From sequence record PP496440.1: a stretch of 64,000 nt of DNA. One strand, written 5' to 3'. Below are positions 32,891 through 42,333 of the stretch, in pieces. The notes under the pieces were generated by a model. The model saw only the letters and a list, made by a program, of their open reading frames with translations. It was not told where the DNA came from and made no database searches. The number at the start of each line of letters is the position of its first letter. The first letter of the stretch is position 1. A program made the translations under genes and the position numbers.

Positions 32891-34844
32891 TAAGCAGGAA
32901 GGTTACAGCGCCGACAGCGTTCGGGCATTGACCGGTCTGGAAGTAATCCGCAACAACATCTCTATGTACATCGGGTCCACTGACTCTGACGCACTGTTCA
33001 CTCTGGCTCGCGAACCGTTGGATAACGCGGTGGATGAGGCGCTGGCTGGTCGTAACGATGAAGTGTTCTTCCGTGCACACGGCACATGGAAAGGTTCAGC
33101 GTTCACGCCGACCGTCATGCTGATCGCAGACAACGGCACCGGCATCCCGATTGAGAAGCCGAAGGGTGAGACGCGTTCCGCACTGGAGATCGTGACCAGT
33201 CACGTGCACGGTGGCGGCAAGTTCAAAGACGCAGGCGCATACGCTGCATCGATTGGTACGCACGGCGTTGGTATCAAGGCAACCAACGCCCTGTCCTCCT
33301 CGTTCTCGGCGTACACGTTCCGCAACAAGAAGTGGCACGTGATTCACTACAAAGATTCCAAGTTGGTCAAGCCGCCAGCGGAAGCCAGCGCACTAGAACT
33401 GAAGTCGCTGTGGGGTGAGCTGGGTGAGACCCGGAAGCGCGGCACCGTCATTCGCTTCTCTCCAGACTACAGCTTCTTCGACAAGGGCTCGTTCCTGTCC
33501 ATTGCGGACCTGACCCACTGGTTCGAGCTGCGCGCCTACTTCAACTCAGGCATCAAGTTCCGCATGGAGTATTCCCAGTCCAAGAAGGAAGACTTCAAGG
33601 TACTGGAGTTCTACCACGATGATGGTCTGAACGACTACATGAAGATGCGCTTGAAGGAACTCAAGTGTGAGCTGATGACCGACAACCACTTCTCGGTCCA
33701 CACGCCGCATCTTGACGTGATCCTCGCATTCAGTGACGCCGATGGCTGCAAGGTGGACAGCTACACCAACACCATGTACAACTCTGTAGGCGGCAACCAC
33801 CAGCGCTCCACGTTCAACATGATCTCCGACGCGCTGGCGCCGTACGCAGGCAAGCACGACTTCCACAAGGACGACATTCGGGAAGGTGTGGTCGGCCTGA
33901 TCAACTTCAAGATCGACACGCCGAAGTTCGCCAGTCAGACCAAGGAACGTTTGGCTGACCCCCGCTTTGAGATCCTGTGCACCGAGGAACTGGAGCAAGC
34001 ACTCGCCAAGTTCTTCAAGAAGAACAAGGAGCTGGCACAGCAACTCTGTGAGCGTGCGGCTCGACTGCGTAGTCTCAAGGAGCAGTTCAGCCTGACCAAG
34101 AAGGCAGCTGGCGCCCTCAAGAAGATGCGCACTGGTTCCAACCTCCTGCCGGGTAAGCTGACCGAGGTGAAGGAATGCCCGGTAGCTGAACGTGAACTGT
34201 TCACAGTGGAAGGTGACTCCGCTGCAGGTACTGCCAAGTCCGCCCGGATGAAGAGCCCGTATCGCTATCAGGAGACGTTGGCCCTCAAGGGTAAGATCCT
34301 GAACGTGATCAAGGAAGTCCAGAAGGGTAAGGGTGACGCTATCTGGGATTCCGTGGAGGTGCAGTGCATCTTGGTGTCCATGGGCTACAAGCCGGAATCC
34401 AAAGATCCTCTCAAGGACTTGCGCATCGGCAAGTTCATCATCATGGCAGACGCCGACGATGACGGTGCCCACATCGCCATGCTGCAGATCGCCCTGATCG
34501 CCAAGTTCTTGCCCGCCATGTTCGACATGGGCATGGTGTACATCGCTGACCTGCCGAAGCGCATGGTGACAATCAAGGAGAAGGGTCGGGACAAGATGTA
34601 CTTCGGCAACACGGTCGATGAAATCCAAAAGCAGATCCCTCATATCAAGAACCCACCTATAGTGTACCTGAAAGGGCTGGGTGAGATGAGTGAAAACGCT
34701 TTGCGTGAGACGGCGTTCGACCCGGCCACCCGCAAGCTGATAAAGATCATGCCCGCGTCTGCCAGTGAACTGCTGGACATCGACCGACTCATGGGCGTAG
34801 ATACGAGCGAGCGTAAGCGCTTGCTGGGCATCGAGTCGGAATAA
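32874..34844 (+). CDS. gyrB: Type IIA DNA topoisomerase ATPase/TOPRIM subunit (GyrB/ParE-like)
   Basis: EPLDNAVDE, DNGTGIP, GTHGVG, EGDSA, PLKG-like ALKGKILN, DADDDG, and YLKGLGEM. Confidence 0.95.
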   Translation: MAKVNSKQEGYSADSVRALTGLEVIRNNISMYIGSTDSDALFTLAREPLDNAVDEALAGRNDEVFFRAHGTWKGSAFTPTVMLIADNGTGIPIEKPKGETRSALEIVTSHVHGGGKFKDAGAYAASIGTHGVGIKATNALSSSFSAYTFRNKKWHVIHYKDSKLVKPPAEASALELKSLWGELGETRKRGTVIRFSPDYSFFDKGSFLSIADLTHWFELRAYFNSGIKFRMEYSQSKKEDFKVLEFYHDDGLNDYMKMRLKELKCELMTDNHFSVHTPHLDVILAFSDADGCKVDSYTNTMYNSVGGNHQRSTFNMISDALAPYAGKHDFHKDDIREGVVGLINFKIDTPKFASQTKERLADPRFEILCTEELEQALAKFFKKNKELAQQLCERAARLRSLKEQFSLTKKAAGALKKMRTGSNLLPGKLTEVKECPVAERELFTVEGDSAAGTAKSARMKSPYRYQETLALKGKILNVIKEVQKGKGDAIWDSVEVQCILVSMGYKPESKDPLKDLRIGKFIIMADADDDGAHIAMLQIALIAKFLPAMFDMGMVYIADLPKRMVTIKEKGRDKMYFGNTVDEIQKQIPHIKNPPIVYLKGLGEMSENALRETAFDPATRKLIKIMPASASELLDIDRLMGVDTSERKRLLGIESE

Positions 34845-34901
34845 TCCGCCCCATTGCATACCCCGATCCGTTGCGCCCCGCCTGGAGCGTTATACGCGGT
34901 C

Positions 34902-34910
34902 GGGTAAATG
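34902..34910 (+). promoter_or_regulatory. GTAAAT-type promoter motif
   Basis: GGGTAAATG 20 nt upstream of 34930. Confidence 0.55.
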
Positions 34911-34929
34911 CGGGGTAGTGAGGTGAGTC

Positions 34930-35145
34930 ATGCGCAATACAACGATGAAGTCGGTCAAGTGCACGACGTGCAAAGGTGAGGGATTCACGGTGGACACGTC
35001 TCGGTCCAAAGGATCGATGGATGAACAGATCAACAAGTGCTACACGTGCAAAGGTGAGAAAGTAGTAATCGTCAAGATTGTTGATCCGTCCCCGGAAGAT
35101 CAAGTCAATCCGTACGCTGCCCTATACGAACAGGATAAGAAGTAA
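34930..35145 (+). CDS. Small DnaJ-type Zn-ribbon protein
   Basis: CTTCKGEG and CYTCKGEK (CxxCxGxG repeats). Confidence 0.75.
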   Translation: MRNTTMKSVKCTTCKGEGFTVDTSRSKGSMDEQINKCYTCKGEKVVIVKIVDPSPEDQVNPYAALYEQDKK

Positions 35146-36653
35146 TGGCGAAGGTAATCAGCAAAACGAAACTGGCCAAGGCTAAAAGTGGTATCGCGGC
35201 TGACCTGAACATTCGGGAAGTACCTCTTCTGGAATGGTCCATTGATGCCTACATCGGCACGTACGCCACTATGACGTTGGCAGACCGAGCCATCCCGGAC
35301 ATGTACGATGGCCTGATGCCGTCCGAGCGTCGAGCCATCTGGGCTGCTCACGTAGTAGGGGCTACCCCGGACAAGAAGTTCATGAAGTCGGCCCGTGTGG
35401 TAGGTGACATGATCGGTAAGTTCCACCCCCACGGTGATACCTCAGCGTACGGCACCGTGGTTAAGAGCGTGAAGCACGTGAGCAATCCGTACTTCCTCGG
35501 CCAAGGTAACTGGGGTACGTTCGAAGATCCGAAGGGTTTCGCAGCAATGCGATACACCGAGACGAAGTTGTCCAAGTACGCCATGCAGGTGTTGCTGGAC
35601 AGTGATTACCTCGCGGTCACCGAGATGATCCCCAACTATGACGGATCGCTGGAAGAACCCTTCATCCTGCCCGCACTGCTCCCCAACCTGCTGCTCAATG
35701 GTTCCTATGGTGTGGCGACAGGTGCCACCACCTACTGCCCCTCATTTGAAGCGGAAGGCGTAATCACGCTGATCCAGAAGCTGCTGAAAGGTCGTAAGCT
35801 GAAAGCCCGCGACTGCATGGCTAGCCTGGTGTTCGACAATCCGTACGGCGGCTACGCGGTCATTGATGAAGACGATGAAGAGAGTACGGAGGAACTGGTC
35901 GCCCTATTCGAAGGTGGGCAAGGCCGGGTCTACTACTCTTGCGATTACGAGCTGCTGGAAGATGAGCATGCCGCGTACATCCGAGGCTTCGTCCCCTATC
36001 AGTCGATCCTCAAGGGTGTTGAGAAGATCGCGGAGGACGAACGGGTCGCCAGCATTATTGATGACTCAGATATTGATGACGATGGAAAAGGGTTCATTGC
36101 CTACAAGATCATTTTCAAGCGCAGCGTCAGCAAGATGATGTTGCAGGAAGTGGCGGATGATGTTCTGAGTGTCTTCGACAAGATGCAGAACTTCAAGATG
36201 AACGTCAACGAACGGGCCTGGAACGAGTACGAAGGAAAGGCCGACTGTAAATTCGGGATGATGGGCGTCGTCGGTATCCTCGAGAAGTGGGTCGCATGGC
36301 GACTGGCGTTGGAACAACGCTATCTGGAGTACAAGACCACAAGGCTGGAACAACGTAACTGGTCGCTTGACCTGTTGATCCTCGCGGGCAACTCCATTGA
36401 CATCATCGCTGCTGGCCTGAAGCGTGACGACACCGAAGACTACATCAAGTCCAAGTTGAAGATCGATGACGATCAGGTGGCCTACATCCTTGAACGTAAG
36501 GTGGCCCAACTCAAGAAGCTTAATCAGGACAAGTTGAAGGCAGAGCACAAAGCCAACTTGGCCCAGATGAAGCTGAACAAGGAGTGGATCAAGACTCCAG
36601 AGGTTCCTGTGGCGGCACAACTAAAAGACTTCGCCAAGACACTGGCTGAGTAA
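35145..36653 (+). CDS. gyrA: Type IIA DNA topoisomerase breakage-reunion subunit (GyrA/ParC-like, no CTD)
   Basis: RAIPDMYDGL.P..RR, KSARVVG, GKFHPHGD, AAMRYTE (catalytic Tyr), and PNLLLNG. Confidence 0.95.
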   Translation: MAKVISKTKLAKAKSGIAADLNIREVPLLEWSIDAYIGTYATMTLADRAIPDMYDGLMPSERRAIWAAHVVGATPDKKFMKSARVVGDMIGKFHPHGDTSAYGTVVKSVKHVSNPYFLGQGNWGTFEDPKGFAAMRYTETKLSKYAMQVLLDSDYLAVTEMIPNYDGSLEEPFILPALLPNLLLNGSYGVATGATTYCPSFEAEGVITLIQKLLKGRKLKARDCMASLVFDNPYGGYAVIDEDDEESTEELVALFEGGQGRVYYSCDYELLEDEHAAYIRGFVPYQSILKGVEKIAEDERVASIIDDSDIDDDGKGFIAYKIIFKRSVSKMMLQEVADDVLSVFDKMQNFKMNVNERAWNEYEGKADCKFGMMGVVGILEKWVAWRLALEQRYLEYKTTRLEQRNWSLDLLILAGNSIDIIAAGLKRDDTEDYIKSKLKIDDDQVAYILERKVAQLKKLNQDKLKAEHKANLAQMKLNKEWIKTPEVPVAAQLKDFAKTLAE

Positions 36654-36680
36654 CCCAATCCGAAACATGAGGCACATCCC

Positions 36681-37373
36681 ATGGCGAGCACGATGGGCAT
36701 TAAAGAAGCACAAGAGATACTGGGGCTGGAACCGGGCGCTGACCTTGCCGATGTCAAAAAGGCCGTACGCAAGCTGTGTCAGAAGTTCCACCCGGACAAG
36801 GAAGGCGGCGACCCTGAGATGTTCCGGCGTGTACGGGAAGCTGGGGAGGTGCTGGAAGAAATTCTGGCGGATCACGACATCATCCCGAACGAGGAATATC
36901 TGGACGCGCTCAACTACGTCATCACCATGCTCGGCCAGAAGTACGTGGCGGCTGAGATGAACGGGATGAATGCCCGGCGTCGTGTCGCGATCAAGATGAC
37001 CAACGACGTGTTCAGCTTCCACAACCTGCAGCAAGCGGCTTTCGCAGCGGCAGCACCACCCAGTGCAGAGTCCTACGTGTTGAACGAACTCGAACAAGAG
37101 ATCAAAGTCAACATCGATGAGTTCGACGCCTCAATCGAACGGCACTCCGTTCAGGGTAAAGGGCTACGAATGCTGATGCAGAACATGCGGGCGCCTAAGA
37201 TGGCGTACTCCGTGTGGCAAGACGCTCGGGACTCCTTGGCGCAGGCCATTCGCCAGCAACGCAACAACATCCGCATGGCTAAGCTCAGGTTGCAAGCACT
37301 GGAAGAGTTCGAAGCCATCCAGCACAAGCGTAAGCAGGAAGCCATTCGTCTGGCCCATGGGGTGCGCTCATGA
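36681..37373 (+). CDS. J-domain (DnaJ-like) co-chaperone
   Basis: N-terminal ILGL...VKKAVRKLCQKFHPDK (HPD motif); helical C-terminus. Confidence 0.85.
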   Translation: MASTMGIKEAQEILGLEPGADLADVKKAVRKLCQKFHPDKEGGDPEMFRRVREAGEVLEEILADHDIIPNEEYLDALNYVITMLGQKYVAAEMNGMNARRRVAIKMTNDVFSFHNLQQAAFAAAAPPSAESYVLNELEQEIKVNIDEFDASIERHSVQGKGLRMLMQNMRAPKMAYSVWQDARDSLAQAIRQQRNNIRMAKLRLQALEEFEAIQHKRKQEAIRLAHGVRS

Positions 37374-37981
37374 TCTCGGAGCAAATGTTGCACTGGTTGA
37401 AGACCTCCGCCCCGTGGAAGCCCGTGCTGATCGTGGACATCGACGGTGTGATCTTGAACAACGAACATCGCCTGCATCACATCGTGCACACGGTGGACGG
37501 CGTTCAGGTGAACCGTACGGATGCGGACTGGGAGGCCTTCCATGCCAAAGGCTCCATGGATACGCCGGGCGCGGCAGCAGCGTTCATTGAGGCATCTTAC
37601 AACACGTTCACCCCGATCTTCGTTACGGCCCGTGTGGCCTTTGGTGAGCAGCGCAAGCACGTGCACGATATGCTGGTTAAGACGTTGCCCAAGGTCAAGG
37701 ACATCAACTGGCGTACAGGTTGCCCGTCCAAGGATGAGATCTTCCCGTTGTTCATGCGCGCGCCCAACGAGAACTGGGACACACAGAAGGTGGGCGGTGG
37801 GGACGCCATCGTGCACCACTCTGATTACAAGCGAGTGGCAATCCAGTGGCTTCGGGCTCAAGGTATAAATCCCATGGCGGGTCTGGATGACTCCCTTACC
37901 ATTTGCAAGATGTTCGCGGAGGAAGGCCTCCTGAGCTTGCGAGTTCACAACCACGTAGCAGACGCGGCGCTGATGCGCTGA
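37370..37981 (+). CDS. HAD-superfamily phosphatase (PNK 3'-phosphatase-like)
   Basis: IVDIDGVI (motif I), FVTAR, LFMR, DYK, and GLDD. Confidence 0.8.
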   Translation: MISEQMLHWLKTSAPWKPVLIVDIDGVILNNEHRLHHIVHTVDGVQVNRTDADWEAFHAKGSMDTPGAAAAFIEASYNTFTPIFVTARVAFGEQRKHVHDMLVKTLPKVKDINWRTGCPSKDEIFPLFMRAPNENWDTQKVGGGDAIVHHSDYKRVAIQWLRAQGINPMAGLDDSLTICKMFAEEGLLSLRVHNHVADAALMR

Positions 37982-37991
37982 GGATAAGAAC

Positions 37992-38264
37992 ATGAAGACT
38001 GAACAAGAAATGCAGCGCGCCAAGGTTTCCCACTCGATGGCCGCGCTTCTTAACGATGCCGTCGGTGGATCGATAGGACCTTCGTTGCGTGACCTGGGCA
38101 ATGCGGTCATGGGTAAACCGAAACACAAGCGCAAGGTGATGAACCGATCGATCAAGCGGGTCAACGCCATCGTCTCCAAACACGGCGTGTGTCCAAAGGT
38201 GCTGGCGCCGGTCCGCTTCGTGTCGTCCAAGAAGGACGTGTTCAAACTGGCTAAGATCAAATAG
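37992..38264 (+). CDS. Hypothetical basic protein
   Basis: 90-aa ORF with GAGG RBS. Confidence 0.65.
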   Translation: MKTEQEMQRAKVSHSMAALLNDAVGGSIGPSLRDLGNAVMGKPKHKRKVMNRSIKRVNAIVSKHGVCPKVLAPVRFVSSKKDVFKLAKIK

Positions 38265-38287
38265 ATCTGCTAATCGAGGGCAAGACC

Positions 38288-38428
38288 ATGAATGACTATC
38301 CCGTGTATCCGTACCACTCTGCACAGGCCATTGACTTCCGCAAGAACTTCGCAGAGGCGCGTGCCGCTGGACTCCCTGAGTTCACGTGGGAAGGTCGACG
38401 CTATACCACCAAGCGCGCAGACGATTAA
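38288..38428 (+). CDS. Small protein (46 aa) with an F..AR..G..F.W.G..Y.T motif
   Basis: MNDYPVYPYHSAQAIDFRKNFAEARAAGLPEFTWEGRRYTTKRADD; GAGG RBS; absent from the ORF track. Confidence 0.7.
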   Translation: MNDYPVYPYHSAQAIDFRKNFAEARAAGLPEFTWEGRRYTTKRADD

Positions 38429-38465
38429 ACCAATGCCCGGCCTAACCGTCGGGCATTGTTGCCTG

Positions 38466-38495
38466 TTGACATCCCGCTTCGACGTGTGGCATACT
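38466..38495 (+). promoter_or_regulatory. Sigma70-type early promoter
   Basis: TTGACA-18 nt-CATACT followed by the conserved leader. Confidence 0.75.
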
Positions 38496-38564
38496 GGCAC
38501 CATGGGGCTACCATGGCCCCGGAAATGCTGGACCGACCAGCCACTGTCCTAAGAGGAATGCACC

Positions 38565-38987
38565 ATGTCCAAGCCCGTACCGACCCTGTTCATGAAGGCC
38601 CCGTTCGAACTCATCTGGGGCAAGCCGGAAGCCGACTACGAACTGCCTGGCTCTCCGTTTGACGGCATCAACGTCAAAGGCAATGACTACGCTGCCAGCG
38701 CACAAGATCTGATGCTGCTGCACACGATGGTCGATGACTGGGCCTTCGTTCGCTTCACCGTGTTCGGCTTCGAGTTGACTCTGGATCAGATGCTGATGCT
38801 TTGCTGGTGGGAAGACAAGTGCCCGGCACACTGGTCAATGGCAGAGCATGTGGACAATCCCCAGGTTAATACTGCCAGTCATAATGAGGCAACTCTCGCC
38901 CAGCGCTGTGCCCAGATTCTTTCAGTGGCATTGGGTAGCGCGGGAAATTGCATTCTTGATATCGAGTCAAATCCCAGCAAGGTCTAA
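38565..38987 (+). CDS. Hypothetical protein
   Basis: 140 aa, GAGGAA RBS. Confidence 0.75.
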   Translation: MSKPVPTLFMKAPFELIWGKPEADYELPGSPFDGINVKGNDYAASAQDLMLLHTMVDDWAFVRFTVFGFELTLDQMLMLCWWEDKCPAHWSMAEHVDNPQVNTASHNEATLAQRCAQILSVALGSAGNCILDIESNPSKV

Positions 38988-39043
38988 TTCACACACGGAC
39001 CTTTCGGGGTCCGTTCACTTTCTGTCCCAAAGAGGAATGCAAC

Positions 39044-39397
39044 ATGAGCAGAGCACCCGTCCGCAATAAGGTCTACACGTATGGCGAAATCATCGACGAT
39101 CTGTTCCTGCGTGACACCCCGTGTCTGATGGTGTACGTCGGTGATGGGGGTAGCCCGATCAAGAGCTACTATCCCGTCAACTCTGATCTCACTTACGAGG
39201 AACTGCGTAAGCTGCCGGGCTGGGAAGATAGCCGCTGGACGTTCGTTCGTGAGACCAGTGAATGGATTCCAGTCTTCCACTGGGACAATGATCAAGGTAG
39301 CCCGACGCAACTGGTGCAGGTGAACCGTAGTGAGTACTACGATCTGGAGCACACGTCCATGGATCGTCTTATCGTAACACCGAAAGAGGTAGTCTGA
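39044..39397 (+). CDS. Hypothetical protein
   Basis: 117 aa, GAGGAA RBS. Confidence 0.75.
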   Translation: MSRAPVRNKVYTYGEIIDDLFLRDTPCLMVYVGDGGSPIKSYYPVNSDLTYEELRKLPGWEDSRWTFVRETSEWIPVFHWDNDQGSPTQLVQVNRSEYYDLEHTSMDRLIVTPKEVV

Positions 39398-39398
39398 A

Positions 39399-39863
39399 AT
39401 GATCCAGATGGCACGTGACATTGACTTTTCCCTTCCGCACTCCAGCTCCAACTCGGTCAATTTTATCTTGCGTGTGGGCAAGATAAAGAACGGTGAGCGT
39501 GTGGATTCCTTCGCGTCAGACGAGTTGAAGCTTACACTCGAATCCACCAATCTAGAAGGGGTGCTTATCAGCCTGTTGGCTAAAGCGTCCAACTTAGAGC
39601 TACCTACCGTTGCGTGGGCCGGACTTGAGTATCTTATCGAGCGTGTCCAGCGGCAGTACGATTATGCTGTTATCGAGAACAGCTTCTACCGAACCATTCA
39701 AGGCTCTGATAGTAAGGGTACGGGTATTCGCCGTAATAAGCAGGTGACCGGCAACCGGGAGTACACGTTGAAAGAGTGGGCAGCGTGCTTCCTCCGGGGC
39801 CAAGGTGCCTACCCTGAGTACGAGCGTGAGTTCTTGTCGAGCCCTTGCCCACCCCAATTCTGA
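39399..39863 (+). CDS. Hypothetical protein
   Basis: 154 aa, operon context. Confidence 0.65.
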   Translation: MIQMARDIDFSLPHSSSNSVNFILRVGKIKNGERVDSFASDELKLTLESTNLEGVLISLLAKASNLELPTVAWAGLEYLIERVQRQYDYAVIENSFYRTIQGSDSKGTGIRRNKQVTGNREYTLKEWAACFLRGQGAYPEYEREFLSSPCPPQF

Positions 39864-39872
39864 GTAACCGAT

Positions 39873-40367
39873 ATGAAGATCCAACGGATTGAAAAGACCA
39901 CGATAACTGATCTGATGCTTCGGGCATTGAGTCAGGGCTTCTTAGTCAACGCGTACCACGACAATAAGAAAAGACCAGTGGTCATGGTGGTGCGTATCCA
40001 TGAAGACAAGGTGAAGCTGGTCAGCCATACGACCGGTAAGAAGTACGTCCACATGCTGGCTCAATCTCTTGCCGATGCCCACGCATTGTTCCCCGGAGTT
40101 CGTGCCGTAGACGAACCAGTGGCAAAGAAAGACCTTACTCCCTTGCTAGTGCAGGCAATGGAACGCGGGTTCCGTATCCATGGAAGCGGGCCAAGAGAGA
40201 AGGGAGAGACTACTCACTCGGTGATGATCTCAAAGGACACCGACACTGAAATACTGGTGCTGGGCGCAGCCACCGAAGAAGATCACTGTGATGCACTGGA
40301 GAAGGTGTTGAAACTGGCGCTGGAGCGCTTCGGCCAGGTAGTCCCGATCACCAAAAATAAAGTTTGA
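39873..40367 (+). CDS. Hypothetical protein, possibly with an internal tandem duplication
   Basis: 164 aa; LMLRALSQGFLVN and LLVQAMERGFRIH look like two similar units. Confidence 0.65.
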   Translation: MKIQRIEKTTITDLMLRALSQGFLVNAYHDNKKRPVVMVVRIHEDKVKLVSHTTGKKYVHMLAQSLADAHALFPGVRAVDEPVAKKDLTPLLVQAMERGFRIHGSGPREKGETTHSVMISKDTDTEILVLGAATEEDHCDALEKVLKLALERFGQVVPITKNKV

Positions 40368-40392
40368 CAGCCAAAACTGGCTCTGATACAAT
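40364..40392 (+). promoter_or_regulatory. Sigma70-type early promoter
   Basis: TTGACA-17 nt-TACAAT. Confidence 0.85.
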
Positions 40393-40443
40393 GTATGTGC
40401 CGCGCCGTAAAGCGGCACACTACCCGAAGTGAAAGGAACCGAG

Positions 40444-41346
40444 ATGACCAAAACATTAGCGCTGGCTCCTATGGAGAAAGCAAACCTGATACAGGACGCT
40501 GAGTTCGCCGCGACCGCCATCAAAGAGTTGCTGACCCTGCTGATCGAGACCACTACTGAGTTGAAGAAAGAGCACGAAGACCCAATGTCTGCGGCCAAAG
40601 CTCGGTGTGATGAGTTGAATAAGACGGTGACCAAGATTGTGTCGTCGCACAACGCCAAGAACCCTGAATTCATGTTGGCTATCGAGTCTGTGACCCGAGT
40701 GATCAACCATACCGTCTCAATCATGGACTTGACCAAACGTCGAGGATTGAGAGTCGGTAAACCCTATCTCCTAAGCTACAAGAAAGAGCTGGCTGACAAG
40801 CTGGTTCAACTCGTAGACTTTCATCAGTTCTCAAAAGGACTGCCTGTAAAAGGGACGAAAGACGCCTTGTCTGATACCGTGGTAGCACTCGCCGCCGATG
40901 CCGACAGCATCGATGCAAAGGTGAAAGCTAGCTCGGACAACTCCAAGAACCCTGTGTTCATGATGGAGATGAATATCGTCCCGCCGTTCAACTACTTCTA
41001 CGTACAACCCCGCAAGTTCCTGCTCCACAAGCTCGCCTTCGACCGCATCGGCAAAGGTGACAACAGCGACTTCATCGTGCTGAAGAAGCAAAAGGTTCTG
41101 GTGGTGGACAACGTTGCCGCCGAGAACTACAAGATGGAACCGCTGGAGCTGGCCGCTACGCTGATCGAAGCCATCAATCTGAAACGCCCCGCTGGCACAT
41201 CAGAGCTGGCGATGGTGATGGAAGAGCATGCGTCACTCAAAGGCAGTTCAGGCTACACGTTCTACTGGGTGGTTCCTCTGCCCACGCTTCACGTGCTGCA
41301 ACCCATAATCGGCCAAGGTACCCTCGCTTGGGGCTTGGCAGTCTAA
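40444..41346 (+). CDS. Hypothetical protein
   Basis: About 300 aa, ATG 40444 after AAAGGA RBS. Confidence 0.8.
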   Translation: MTKTLALAPMEKANLIQDAEFAATAIKELLTLLIETTTELKKEHEDPMSAAKARCDELNKTVTKIVSSHNAKNPEFMLAIESVTRVINHTVSIMDLTKRRGLRVGKPYLLSYKKELADKLVQLVDFHQFSKGLPVKGTKDALSDTVVALAADADSIDAKVKASSDNSKNPVFMMEMNIVPPFNYFYVQPRKFLLHKLAFDRIGKGDNSDFIVLKKQKVLVVDNVAAENYKMEPLELAATLIEAINLKRPAGTSELAMVMEEHASLKGSSGYTFYWVVPLPTLHVLQPIIGQGTLAWGLAV

Positions 41347-41376
41347 TCCGTTCACCCACCATAAAGAGTAATTGAA

Positions 41377-41853
41377 ATGGCAAAAGGTAAAACCCCGCTG
41401 TATCTGAGCTACGTTGACACCATCAATGGTCTGCTCAACTCCATCAAGTTCTCCGCAGAACTGCCGGTGCACAAGAAGTCCATCGACCGCTCGGGCCGTA
41501 ACGTCGAGTGGTTGCGCAAGGGGATCAAGCGTGGTAAGCTGACCATCCCCGGCGTCGATATCGGCAACGAGTTCTGGAAGTTGGCCCAATTGCTGGAGGT
41601 GGAAGCTCCGGTCTACGGTACTGATGTCGTCCCCGTGATGACCGCAGTTGACCTCGGCAAGAAAGAGAGTGGTGGGTTGAAGCCTGATGAAGTTGCCACC
41701 GTCTCGGCAACCACGGACCCGTCCAAGTCTGAAGCTCGTATTCCTGCGCATAAGCGTTCGATCAGCAAGAGCCGTCACTTCGCCGAGAACTACGGCACCA
41801 ATGCAGACGTGACGGCCAGCACCAAGACGCTCGACAAGTATGAAACCCGCTAA
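41377..41853 (+). CDS. Hypothetical protein
   Basis: 158 aa. Confidence 0.75.
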   Translation: MAKGKTPLYLSYVDTINGLLNSIKFSAELPVHKKSIDRSGRNVEWLRKGIKRGKLTIPGVDIGNEFWKLAQLLEVEAPVYGTDVVPVMTAVDLGKKESGGLKPDEVATVSATTDPSKSEARIPAHKRSISKSRHFAENYGTNADVTASTKTLDKYETR

Positions 41854-42331
41854 TCTCAAAGCTCTCGGGATCGACACCAAACCCGGAGCGATGAACATTC
41901 CAGATGGAAGGTGCTGGGTGTGCCCGGCGGTAGCGGGGCTGGAAGACCATCACATCATTCCGCGACACTGCGGTGGTGAAGGTGGGCCACAAGTCAGACT
42001 GTGCGGCGTGTGCCATACGTCGATCCACAATCTGGCCAACAACAAGAAAGTGCTGGCGCAAGAGATTGAACCGCTGGAGATCCATGAGTACAACAAGGCT
42101 TGGTCCGACGCGCTGATGTTGCGTAAAGGTCATGCACTGGCGTATGTCATCGCTAAGTCCAACAAGGTGACGAAGGGGGACGCCAACAGGAAGGTTAAGT
42201 TCGCCACCACGTTCGACGGACTCACCAGCAGGCAGTTGAAGCAACTCAAGAAGAGCATGGGCTGCACAAGCCTTGACCAAACAATAGTGACGTTGATAAA
42301 ACAGGCCCACGGGCGACTGTTTAGGGGATAG
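41840..42331 (+). CDS. HNH endonuclease with a possible C-terminal ribbon-helix-helix
   Basis: CWVC...EDHHIIP..CGG....VRLCGVCHTSIH. Confidence 0.85.
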   Translation: MKPANLKALGIDTKPGAMNIPDGRCWVCPAVAGLEDHHIIPRHCGGEGGPQVRLCGVCHTSIHNLANNKKVLAQEIEPLEIHEYNKAWSDALMLRKGHALAYVIAKSNKVTKGDANRKVKFATTFDGLTSRQLKQLKKSMGCTSLDQTIVTLIKQAHGRLFRG

Positions 42332-42333
42332 AG

